A DNA stretch of 63,427 bases, the filler included, from Octopus bimaculoides (taxonomy: Eukaryota): the NCBI RefSeq assembly GCF_001194135.2. It is 6 parts of 5 records of this genome, joined end to end, with 100 filler letters (N's around TTAATTAATTAA, not from the genome) between each part and the next. Parts side by side here need not be neighbours in the genome. Positions count along the whole stretch, not along the records: positions 1 to 8,840 come from NC_068981.1; positions 8,941 to 21,976 come from NC_068985.1; 4 more parts are not named here. The stretch is one strand, 5' to 3'. A program made the position numbers and the translations under genes. Each line of letters opens with the position of its first letter. Position 1 is the stretch's first letter. Positions 1 through 11,610 of the stretch are shown here, piece by piece. Under the pieces are notes generated by a model, which worked only from the letters and a program-made list of their open reading frames with translations, was not told the origin of the DNA and ran no database searches.

Positions 1-65
1 ATATATATATATATATACGGACACACATACACACACATACATATAAATATATACACACATACATA

Positions 66-172
66 GGTTCCGTCTGCCAAATACATTCACAAGGCATCGG
101 TCGGCCCAGGGTTATGCCAAGAAATACTTGTCCAAGGCGCGGCGCAGTAATATTGAACCTGAAAGTATGTGA
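66..172 (-). mobile_element. SINE family A head/CORE-like relic
   Basis: Degenerate match to the cleaner family A head at 2481-2640 (cacaaggc..ggtcggccc..acttgtccaagg..gcagt). Confidence 0.55.
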
Positions 173-1074
173 ATATAAATTCAATAATCCATTTTCGTTT
201 CCTCGAATTTCCGTTTATCTCATAACTACTTTAAAAATGATTGCAGGAAAGTTTCCATTTATGGAGGATCCTGTTTATACTATATTAATCATCACTCGTA
301 CTACGTGCTGGTAGAGCCGTCAACTCTTGTGCATTTGTTCAAACATTTTATGTTCTGAGTTCAAACCCAACGCAAGACAACTTATAAATAAACATAGCGC
401 AGAGTAGTTATAAGAAATACGCGAGGTCTCTTACGGTTGTGTCTAGAATAGTTAGGCATGTGGATTATATATTGTTGAGTTGAGAATCCCATGTAAGCCA
501 AGTATTTCGTCATCGGAGACAGAAAAACAAAAAGAAAAAAGACAAGAAAATATAGGAATGTAGAAATTTCTACAACTCTACATTTCTATATTTTCTCTCC
601 CCTTTTTCTTTTTCATTTTCTCTCTCCGATGTGAGAGAAATGTATGTATGTATGTATGTATGTATGTATGTATGTATCTATGAATTTATATATGTATATG
701 TACGTATGNNNNNNNNNNNNNNNNNNNNNNNNNNNNNNNNNNNNNNNNNNNNNNNNNNNNNNNNNNNNNNNNNNNNNNNNNNNNNNNNNNNNNNNNNNNN
801 NNNNNNNNNNNNNNNNNNNNNNNNNNNNTATATATATATATATATCAAGGATTAATCTTTATAAATATAATATAGATACTAACAAATAAAATTCGGGTAA
901 AAACCATGTAGAATGCTATGCAAAGCTAGTTCACTGTTATTGGTTACCTGATGTCATCATAAAGTGGAAATATTCCTGCTACTGGATATGCATCAGGAGT
1001 TCTATAGTATCCGCAGAGTTTATATCAATAGATAAATGAAAGAAAATGAAATGAACATTATTCTTTATATAAAA

Positions 1075-1176
1075 TCGTTACAATTGTTTCGACACATTTT
1101 TACACTGGTATACATTGGTGAGATATTGTGTAATCATTCTTATGTATCAAATGTTAAAATGCGCTTCCTCAGGCGA
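1075..1176 (-). ncRNA. Degenerate type I hammerhead ribozyme relic (Penelope-type)
   Basis: On the minus strand: CTGAGGA core (plus 1166-1172), imperfect 14-nt stem II (agcgcattttaaca / tgtaaaaatgtgtc), GAAAC, palindromic stem III ACAATTGT (1080-1087), GTA triplet, and stem I tcgc/acga with one mismatch. Confidence 0.5.
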
Positions 1177-1329
1177 ATGTTTAAAGAAGTCCTTCCTTAG
1201 ATCCTACCTTTCATCAATGTGATATGTATTTTTCGGCAGGTTACAGACAAAACTAAATCCATAGACATGGTGACAGACAAAATACAATTGTAATCAAAGT
1301 ACAAAATACAATACTAAAGTTCTGATGAA

Positions 1330-1392
1330 TACTGTCCGTCGAACGAAACTCTGAGTAACAGTTTTGTGATAATTTTGCAGCTTTAATAAAAG
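1330..1392 (+). repeat. Decayed copy of the hammerhead-bearing repeat seen at 24430-24504
   Basis: ctgtccgtcgaacgaaactctgagtaacagttttgtgataattttgcagctttaataaa matches 24434-24503. Stem II is deleted and the core is mutated (CCGTCGA). Confidence 0.7.
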
Positions 1393-1599
1393 TTTACTCG
1401 CGTGCGCGAGCACACACAAACACGCACATATATATGCACACATATTCCTACACACACACGCGCAGACATACACAAATATTAAGGATTAATCATAGTATAT
1501 AAGTTGCCATTCGTAAATGAGGGTGTTATGGCATCATCATGTATCTTGATTTCGTTAATGGATTCAGAAGCCCGAGTAATAGCTTACGGACACAAAGCA

Positions 1600-1810
1600 A
1601 TAATTTGAACCCTCCTCACCCCAAACTTCATTCAGCGGACATTACGTATATATTAGCTAAAGTGGGAGATGGGAGAGGACTGTATCAACATTGGACTGGT
1701 GTCGGCTTTCTATAGACTTCGGAAAGATGAAGACAAATTTGACGATGACAAGATTTGAACTTCGAGCGTTAAAGGAAAATTATCGCTACGCATTCTGTTC
1801 GCAGATTTAA
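1600..1810 (-). mobile_element. SINE family B relic
   Basis: ggaaagatgaagacaaatttgac..gatttgaacttcgagcgttaaagg matches the reverse complement of family B (34626-34848). Confidence 0.5.
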
Positions 1811-1820
1811 TGACTAAACA

Positions 1821-1900
<80 letters not shown>

Positions 1901-2082
1901 ACACGCACACTCACACCACAAGTATATAGGCACATGTCTATATGTGTATATGTATGTATGTGTGTACAGATGTGCATACATAGGCTTACATACATGTGTA
2001 TATACATAATGTATATATATATATGTATAGATACACATACATATATATATGTATATTGTGTATATATCTATATCTATATATA

Positions 2083-2640
2083 TATTCTTTTAGTTGATTG
2101 TGGCCATGCTGGAGCACCGCCTATAGTCGAATTAATCGATCTCAGAACATATTCTTTGTAAGCATGGTACTTATTGTATCGCGCTCTTTTGCCGAGCCGC
2201 TATGCTACGGAGACGTAAAGACACCAACATCGGTTGTCAAGCGATGGTGGGGCGTGGGGGTGGGGGCAAACACAGGCACACAAATACATACATACATCTC
2301 TATGTGGCTTGTGTGTTTTCTGTACTCTAGTTATTATTATTTTCTTGTCTACGTTTTGTTTGCAATGTCCTGTACTCAGATATGCACCTATATATACAGG
2401 TAGACGTAGGTATGCACATACCTGTACGTATATATGCATATACTCATTTATTATTTGTTTTATATATATATACATATATACGACGGGCTTCTTTCAGTTT
2501 CTGCCTATCAAATCCACTCACAAGGCTTTGGTCGGCCCGAGGCTATAGTAGAAGACACTTGCCCAAGGTGCCACGCAGTGGGACTGAACCCGGAATCGTG
2601 TGGTTCGTGAGCAAGCTACTTACCACACAGCCACTCCTAC
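2083..2640 (-). mobile_element. SINE family A, full-length (tRNA-like head, CORE-like block, internal microsatellite, 3' block)
   Basis: Head at 2481-2640 has A/B-box-like motifs (tggctgtgtggtaag, gggttcagtccc) and ccttgggcaagtgtctt. A TA/CA repeat interior follows, then the 3' block 2083-2290 (gcttgacaaccgatg..gcggtgctccagcatggcc) shared with many local copies. Confidence 0.8.
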
Positions 2641-3086
2641 CCCTATATGTATATATGTGTATATATTCACAATATATTCGAATAGAAGTAAATATCTGAA
2701 TCGAAATATCGAGTGTTCTTTATATCAGTCATTTGTTATGTTATAAATGAACTTTATCAATGTTATCCATAAGATATTGAACCGGAGATATGTCAACCAC
2801 CATATTATTGTTTGTATAACGTTGTCCTGTCGAATGTAAACCACCTTGGGTATGTCCATGGTGATTAATGTTTGATTTGATGTTAATTTGATTTAGCGTT
2901 TATGTTGGAATTCTAATGAAGACAGTAGGCTGATGTAAACAAAGTCATGTAAAACATGTCCCTAGGTTGTAATACGAGCATAAGCATATTACTGATCACC
3001 AACTTTACTGCTGCTGACGCCACTAACACGAAAACCATTAATATCCCAAATCATCATCATCGTCATCATCATCATCGACTTTGTCG

Positions 3087-3118
<32 letters not shown>

Positions 3119-3535
3119 TTCATCAGCAACAACAGCAGCAGCAGCGGCGGCAGTATCCACTAATAGCACAAGCGAGCATTTGGAGCACCAATTCCACAGT
3201 AATTTGTTTCATGAATGTATATATGCATGCGTGTTTGTATATTATGTGATTATATGTGTGTGCTGTGTGTGCTGCACCCTATTGTGCATGTATGCATTGT
3301 GTGTGTATGAGTGTGTGCGTGTGTGTGTGTGTGCGTGTGTGTGTATATATATATATACAGACACAGAAACATAGACACACAGACGCCTATATATATATGT
3401 ATATATATATATACATATATATGAAAGAGAAAGATAAAGAAAGAAAGTGAGAGAGTGAAAAAGAAAGAAAGAGAGAGATAGAGATAGATAGAGATAACTA
3501 GATAGAGATAGATAGATAGCTAGAGATAGATAGAT

Positions 3536-3604
<69 letters not shown>

Positions 3605-4488
3605 CCTTAGCCTTTGGAAATGAAAAGCATATGCTTAGCTGAGAATGTAGGATAAGACGGGAGCTAGTCAGGGCTGCTACCATTTAGCTTACAAGCCAGA
3701 CCAACGCCAAAATACATGCTATATATTGTCCAAAAATATCGATCAATTCTTCTTAATCAAATTATCTCTCTATTTTTGCATTATAAACACCTCCAGATTC
3801 AGATTTTGTCTACAATTTACACCGATAATCTCATTTAAGCGAAATGTTTCAACTCACAACATCACATATGCAGTGCCTGTATTTAGTATGCAAGAAACTC
3901 CCCTGAGACATTATCCTTCAGCCACATCGTTGATATATACAATAACACACACATATACAAACGTATGCACACGCACACATACACATACACATCCACACCC
4001 ACATACGCATGCGCACACGCTATTGTACACCGATGCACAGAATCATACACACACGGAATTATCTGTCCAGTATAATCACACAACCGTTAGCTGACTATTC
4101 AAAGTGTTCACTGCAACTGCTTTCCTATCACTTTTCTCTCACGGCTTCATTCCCATTTTAGCAGTCTACTCCAATCAACCAAACCAATATCAATACCTTT
4201 CTTGTTTTGTGTATTTATTTTATATTACAAGTGGTGAATAAATATCTCGAGAGACTTCGCTCGAGAAGCACAGGTGTTTCGGGTTTCTCGCCGATATTCA
4301 AACACTTTTGCTAATATCTAATGTCTGTCTGTCTGACTGTCTGTCTGTCTGCCTGTCTGTCTGTCTGTATGTATGTATATATGTCTGCGTGCATGTATGT
4401 GTTTATGTCTTGATGTATGTATATATAAAATAAGCATATATCGATGTGTATATATTCGTAATATATATGTATGGATCTNNNNNNNNNN

Positions 4489-4526
<38 letters not shown>

Positions 4527-4614
4527 TTTAACCATATAACACAAGCTTTCTGTAGCTTTCACACTTTTTGTCTTTTATATATACATATGTATGTATACAA
4601 ATATATATGTATGT

Positions 4615-4651
<37 letters not shown>

Positions 4652-4691
4652 TCATACACACATACACACATACACACTCATATATACATAA

Positions 4692-5201
4692 GCACAGGCG
4701 TGGCTTTGTGGTAAGAAGCTTGCTTTCCAACCACATGGTTCCAGGTTCAGTCCCACTGCATGGCACCTTGGGCAAGTGTCTTCTACTATAGTGTAGGGCA
4801 TATAAGTATATGCTAATGTGTCTGTGTTTGCCCCTCCCCTCCCCACCACCATTACTTGACAACCGATGTTGGTATGTTTACGTCCCTGTAACTTATATGT
4901 TTATATAATACATATATTTATTTATTTATTATTTATTTATAAACACGTTACGAACAGCGCACACATGTACAAACACACACACACACACACATACACTCCC
5001 TCTCTCCCGCTGTCTCACTCACACGACGGTCTTCCACACAGTTTCTATCAACAGAATTACATTCAAAAGCATTCAAAAGACCCCGATAGAATAAATACTA
5101 GGCTTACAAAGGTTAAGTCCTGGGGTCGATTTGTTCGACTAAACGTGGTACTCCAGCATGGCCGCAATCAAATGACTGAAACAAGTAAAAGAATAAAAGA
5201 A

Positions 5202-5203
<2 letters not shown>
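4692..5203 (+). mobile_element. SINE family A, interrupted copy
   Basis: Head at 4692-4792, 3' block pieces at 4810-4890 and 5080-5203 ending tgactgaaacaagtaaaagaataaaagaa. Confidence 0.75.
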
Positions 5204-5245
<42 letters not shown>

Positions 5246-6594
5246 TATATAGTATACCCACACATATATACATATTCAGATACATATCGATATATACGGG
5301 CGTGTTTATATACATACATACATACATACATACATACATACACACATAACTACATACATGCATACATATATTTATATACATACATATATTTATTTGCATA
5401 ATGTGTCCATTTAAACACAATTTTAAAAAGAAATCAAGGACTATGCATTACCATTGAAAAAGATAACTCTGTGAACTTCCTAGACGTTAACTTCAATCTC
5501 AATACTTCCACCCACCAGCCTTACCATAAACCTAACAACAATATCACATATATAAACGCACAGAGTAATCATTCATATAACATTATAGAAAATTTGACCA
5601 CTGACATAGAGAGAAAAATTAATCTATTATCATCTAATGAAGAAATATTTAACAAACATAAAGACTACTATAATCTAGCACTTGAAGAAGGCAGCGATAT
5701 AAATATGAAATTAAGTATAATATAAACGACAGTATCAATACTAATGATACCAAACTTTATCTTGAAATGAATAACGTAGATAATATTAGTGAACCTAAGT
5801 CACCTGGTGAATTAGTACACCCCATTAAACGTATAAAACACTCTCAACAATAGTCATCAACATAACTTCAGCAAAAAACACGAAAATCACTACTACAATA
5901 AACATACTAATGAAGTTAATCAATACGAGCACGAAAACCATAACTTTACTAAAGGAAAAAATAATATAAATTTTAGCAATTCCCACCTTACTAACCACAC
6001 TAATATTAATATTAATAAACTCAAGAATACTGACAACAAACACCAAAACTATATAATTATAGATGAAAATAGGAATATTAAACCAATAAACAGAAAACAT
6101 GAAAATAATCTAAACTCACCTAATTCCTTCAATAACATACATAACCATAGGACTCAAATTAATATAGATTGGAATAGAATAGCAAAAAAGAAATCAATAC
6201 CTTATGTGAGAATAGCTGACCCCTCCCCCCAAACACAACCCATCATTCCAATAAAGACAACAGCAATAACACTACATAATCCCTTTTGCCAAACATCTAA
6301 AATCTAACTTTATTAGATCCATTAGAACGATAATGAATAAAAACTTCAAAAACTCTAAATACGTTAAAATATTTAATGATAAAATTAGATTTGGATTTTC
6401 AGTCTCTCCAAATCTCTTCAGGATAATCTCTTCTTTTAACAATAAGAATCTGGATCTATTCTATAATAAGTAAACTACGATAAATGTACCTAGTACCGCC
6501 AATAATCCTATAATTAATAACTACTATAATGATAATAACCAGAACTCTATTAATAAATATAGACATAACACCATAGTACCACTCACTAATTTAA

Positions 6595-6983
6595 ATTGTA
6601 ATTGTCGAGACGCAAATGCCCGTGAAGTAGATAGAAATTGCAAAAAGAAGTTGTATACCAAGCAACTATTATTACTCAGGACTCCTAGATGCATATACGT
6701 TGGTTGCACGAAAAGTTTACTTAAATCGAGAATTTATAACCACAGATTTTCTTTTAGAGACCCTAGAAAAGAAAATAGCAAGGTCTGTCAAAAAAAATTT
6801 GGCACCTCAAAAGAAACAATATTGATTTCTCAATTTCTTGGAAATAATAATAAAATTTGTAGGTTGTGTTTGGAAGAAAGCTATAGCATAATGAGAATGA
6901 ATGGAAGTTTGGCTAATACTAGGGATGAAAAAGTTATCTCATGTAAACACATGACCAAATTCCTATTTATCAATCTTAAATAA
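6595..6983 (+). pseudogene. GIY-YIG endonuclease domain of the Penelope-like element (frameshifted)
   Basis: VVYQA (6650) and YVG (6696) motifs, R..NH..SF, CxLCxxE and a terminal CKH. The motifs lie in different frames. Confidence 0.8.
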
Positions 6984-8721
6984 TTCTTCACTCCCCACTT
7001 GCTTAGATTAGTTTTTGGTGTTTGTTAAAAATATATATCTATATTGTTATCTTTTTCTATGGAATACAATTATTCATCACATCCACTTTACATCACTAAA
7101 TCTTACACTATCTTGGTATTTTTTATTTAACATTTTCTTCTAACAACTGCATCACCCACCATATATAGGGGTAACACTTTATCTATCTCTTCCTACACCT
7201 TTTCTCTCAATGTCTTTTTGATTTTTAAAAATTATATCTTTCTTTAGTATATAATATACCTCTAATTTTTTGCATTTTATTTTATTTGCATAATGTGTCC
7301 ATTTAAGCCCCCTCAACATACCCATTCTAACTATTAATGGTTTATGTTACTTGCCACTATACCTGATAATAAATATATTTTACTGCTGATATATGCAAAC
7401 ATGTATGCACATATAGTACTTCTTAGTGTCCTGCATGTCAACAACCATGTGTGCATATCTAGGTATGGATTTTTATATGTCATCTCTGTGTATATCTATT
7501 ATTTTGTGCTTATTTACTATATGTTGCCACTAACATGTATCTTTTAATATCAACGTGTATATTTGCGTATATACGCATGTTTCGCATACACACACATATA
7601 TATACTACTATTTTTTTTAAGTGTGTGTGCCTTCTCTCTCTTTGCACCGGTATGAGCATATGTATATTTTGTACGGTGTTTCTTCTTTTATGTATACCCT
7701 AATCAAAAAACAACTAGAATTCCTATATCTATCTATACTAATGTGCAATCATGCCTCTACTCACGTATGAGTAAATATACTAACACTTATTTCCTTATAA
7801 GTATATTTTCTTCTCTGACATTATGTATAATTTCTTTTGCATACTAATGTGCACCCCCATACTCGTACCTTTTCTTATATTCATAATACACAATACTCTT
7901 CTATTACTTGAATATTAATACTACCCTAATACCATTAGATATCTCACATTATGCCAAGTTAGTTTCTTACCTCATAATTTTTATTTATACTAAAACATAG
8001 TTACTGTACAACCTTATCAATACATATAAAATAAACTATTTATTTACTATTTCATTCCCAGTTCATTTACCTCCCCTACATTGTTTTATTTTTCCGTATT
8101 CCCACATCCATTGGATATTTCAACTTCACTTTTTTTATCTTTATAACCACAGCAAGTATTTGGTATCTAAATTGTAATATTAACAATTATTTTTTTCTGT
8201 TTTTATTTTTCAACTTTATATTTAATACATACTAACGAATATTAGCTCTTATGTAAACATAAGTTCATCTTACGCATCTCATTTTCTCAACCCTTTTTAC
8301 TTCTCTAACACTTGTTTACGTTAACTATCTAGTAGCTCTTTATACACTATCTCCTCTAGATTAACTTCATTCTCATGTATTAAATTTTTTTAAATATACA
8401 CCATACTAAGTAATGTCTTTAACTGTCAGGTCATATCTTAATTCAAATATAGCCATGCCTTTCTATTTGATATTTCTATACAATTTTTGCTCTACGCGAC
8501 TTATTTAGAGTTAAAATTTCTAATGTCTTTACTCATCTATAGAGGGAACGTCTCTGAAACCTCTTTTACTTATATTTTCAAATAGCCATTATAGCCTTTA
8601 ATTATAGTTAATACCTAACTGGACTCACATCTCTTTTTCTCATAAGGATAAATATGAATGTCCTATTCTATTCTGCTATTTCCTTTCTCAAGTTCTTTGT
8701 AAAAATTTTGTTTATACTTCT

Positions 8722-8830
8722 TGCACTGAAGAGTACATTGATATATAATTTATTTAATTAATTTAATTTAATTCAATTCAGTTATGAATTTGCATTATTT
8801 TTATATCTGTGTACGAAACGATCGTCTGCA
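8722..8830 (+). ncRNA. Type I minimal hammerhead ribozyme
   Basis: Stem I TGCA(8722-25)/TGCA(8827-30). Core CTGAAGA (8726-32). Stem II GTACA(8733-37)/TGTAC(8810-14) with a 72-nt AT-rich loop. GAAA (8815-18). Palindromic stem III ACGATCGT (8818-25). GTC cleavage triplet at 8824-8826. Confidence 0.85.
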
Positions 8831-8959
8831 TGTATTAAAANNNNNNNNNNNNNNNNNNNNNNNNNNNNNNNNNNNNNNNNNNNNTTAATTAATTAANNNN
8901 NNNNNNNNNNNNNNNNNNNNNNNNNNNNNNNNNNNNNNNNTATATATATATATATATTG

Positions 8960-9306
8960 TAGTCCTTGATTATTGTCGGTCAGGAAATTACCATTGATGC
9001 CATGCCTATTATTGCCCCAAGCAATATAGGTGATTCATCTGACCTGTAAGCTCTTTAATAAATGGAGGTAAGAATATGGTTCAAAGGGAGATGACTCCAT
9101 CTTTCCCAGATGGGGTTTCCGCTTCAAAGAATTTTGTTTCAGCATTTTCCTTTTTCACAAGTCTTGCTGACCAAGACTGCATTCTTACATCCATTAGTAA
9201 AGCAGTTACGTGTCTCTGGCCACATAAGTCCGATGAGTTGCTTGTAAGAGCAATAATAGGCATGAAACCAATGGTAACTTTCTGACTGACCATAAACCAA
9301 GGACTA
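8960..9306. mobile_element. MITE-like element with ~65-bp imperfect TIRs (TAG termini, hAT-like)
   Basis: tagtccttgattattgtcggtcaggaaattaccattgatgccatgcctattattgc is mirrored by gcaataataggcatgaaaccaatggtaactttctgactgaccataaaccaaggacta. No TSD is visible. Confidence 0.55.
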
Positions 9307-9390
9307 AATGAAATATATTTATAGGCACAAAGCATGGTTGTGTGGTAAGAAGCTTGTGTATAAATATATTTCATTAAATGATGATGATGA

Positions 9391-9424
<34 letters not shown>

Positions 9425-9840
9425 CAGTACATATAAGAGGGATGACCACTAAGTGGACATCCATTATGCTAGAAGACGACCACCTATGGTCTCTGACCAC
9501 TAAGAAAAGATTGTTCTCAAGAAAATTCAGCAATGAATTTTTTCTGAATCTTCAGATTTTTTTCAATATGCTAGGCCACTGGTTTTAAATTGATATTAAT
9601 CAAATTAATATTCAATTTTTCACCCTTATTATTTAAATTTATATGTGACAATATAAAATGGGAACATATCTTCATATAAATATATTTTCTATTGTATTTT
9701 AATAAAATAATTTTGTATGCGTATAACTAGAGGATAGAACTATAAGACTTCAGTAATTTTTATATTTTTCTGTGAATCTTCAAAGTAATTAAAAATACAG
9801 AAGATGAAATGAAAATTTTTTATTGACAACAGATAAAAAG

Positions 9841-9881
<41 letters not shown>

Positions 9882-11429
9882 TGACCTAGAGAGGTTTTTC
9901 TTCTCTGGACTGAAACATCTCAGTTTTTCTACTAATTTATGACAACAAGAAATACTGTTAATAGTTGAGATCAGTCTGAAGATCTGAGGCCAATTCCGCA
10001 ACTACTTTATTCCGACTGTTACACAACTGCCCCAACTGTTGCTCGGGTAACTGCAAGAAAATTATTAGATAATCCTTATGAAAATTTAATCTAAGAAACA
10101 GAATGAAAATTAACAATTGGAACAATGACATATCTTTAGATTTATTTTCTGCTTTAACAAATTGAATTAAGACACCCTATTCTAATTGTTTAGTTATTTT
10201 AATTAACTGTAAGCCATTTTAATTCATTTAATTAATTCTTTTCCATAATGGCAAGGTCATATTCTATTTGATACATATTTCAGTACAAACAATATTATTG
10301 TTTCTTTAATACAATTACGAATCAAACACATTAACAGAATTGAACAACAATAGCAACAGCCTTTTACAATGTCAGTCGACCTCCTCGAAATAGCAGCCGC
10401 ATCTATTTCACATGGCACTCAACCAGCTGAAAAGAAGGGTACATTGAATGATATGGTCTCGATGTCTGGATCGCGATGTGTTTGATCAAGGTTGACCTGG
10501 CGCTAAACAGCAATAAAGACAAATAAACGCGATCCAGAACAAAGACCATTAATTCCCTTTATAATAAAAAAAAAAACAAGCATGACACAGTGCTTGTAGG
10601 GCTCCGCTGGTCTGTTGTAGTACAATCGTGTTTTGTCCCCGTATTGGAACTGCTAACGATCACCGTAAACCTATCAAGCTTGATTTATAGAGTCATGATA
10701 AACGTTAAACAATAAAGATATTTAACCTTTAATTCATCTTGAAAACTATGTAAGAGAACACAATGAAATTTATTAAAAAATTGCTTCGTTTCCATAATTC
10801 CGTTGGTATTAAAATAAAATAATAAATAAAACGAATCCAAGGACATCTATCCATTTTAATTATGTAAGAGTAGTCTCCCCTAATATTCAGTAATAAAAGT
10901 TTTTTGACTTCCTAAACCTTTGCCTAACAAGGAAATTTCTCTAATTTTCTTCCATCTACGGAAACAATTGTTGATTAGCCTATTATTAATAGTTTTGATA
11001 TTAGTAAACCTTTGATCAAAATCAATCCAGCCACGACCATTTCATTTTATTTTCCAGTATATAATGTATGTACGGTTACATTATTAATCAATATCCTTCC
11101 TATTTTATGATGGTATGAGTACTACTAGAGAGATATTTCACTGCTATTTCTAGCAGATCCAATGATCACTTAGCAGTTCTCTCATTCGCTGTTGAATATG
11201 CTGAAAACAATGTGGTCTTAAAGTTTACATATATTAAAGAAAATAGTACGGTCACTGAAGCTGCCACAAACAGCAGTCAGCTTCCCTTAATCACATTCTA
11301 TTGTCTTACAACAGAAAGGACTAACTGGACAATAAAGTCTCAGCTATGTTTAGGGCTGCACAATACGATTGAACTGGGTCTAAACAGTAACAAAAACATT
11401 TTTTTCCCCATTTGTGAACAATCCATTCA

Positions 11430-11610
11430 TTTTATCATCATCGTCATTTAACGTCCATTTTTCATGCTGGCGTGGGTTGGACGGTTTGACAGGAGCTGTC
11501 CAGACTCCAATTGTCTGCGGTGGCATGGTTTCTATGGCTGGTCGCCCTTCCTAACGCCAACCACATTACAGTGTGTACTTGGTGCTTTGTCCGTGCCACT
11601 GGCTCATTTG
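11430..11610 (-). mobile_element. RTE LINE 3'-end fragment
   Basis: catcgtcatttaacgtccatttttcatgctggcgtgggttggacg..ccttcctaacgccaaccac matches the 3' UTR of the RTE at 42972-43224. An oppositely oriented tail remnant lies at 11898-11942. Confidence 0.75.

Larger units (their letters stand above)
5408..8840 (+). mobile_element. Penelope-like retroelement (Naiad-type), 5'-truncated and decayed: RT thumb, linker, GIY-YIG endonuclease, long 3' region
   Basis: Translates to ITIEKDNSVNFLDVNFNLNTSTHQPYHKPNNNITYINAQSNH..YYNLALEE (PLE RT C-terminus). Then, across frameshifts: NPFC..IMNKNFKNSKYVKIFN..PNL, CNC..C..VVYQA..IYVGCT..KSRIYNHRFSF..CRLCLEE..N.R.E..SCKH, stop at 6981-6983. A hammerhead lies at 8722-8830. 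The 3' extent is inferred from the hammerhead. Confidence 0.8.

Noticed and set aside
1322-1350. CTGATGA..GAAAC as an intact hammerhead
   Set aside because: No stem II can form between them; the GAAAC belongs to the decayed repeat at 1330-1392.
6595-6983. Selenocysteine (TGA-for-Cys) usage reported for some Naiad elements
   Set aside because: The conserved Cys positions here are TGT/TGC (one is CGT). No in-frame TGA falls at a Cys position.
8885-8896. TTAATTAATTAA between N runs (also at 22021, 40317, 48430, 62052)
   Set aside because: An identical 12-mer always centred in a ~100-base gap is a scaffolding linker, not biology.
9081-9533. 150-aa minus-strand ORF with apparent splice sites at 9303/9050
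   Set aside because: All frames hit stops between the candidate splice sites, and the region is explained by a TIR-bounded MITE (8960-9306).
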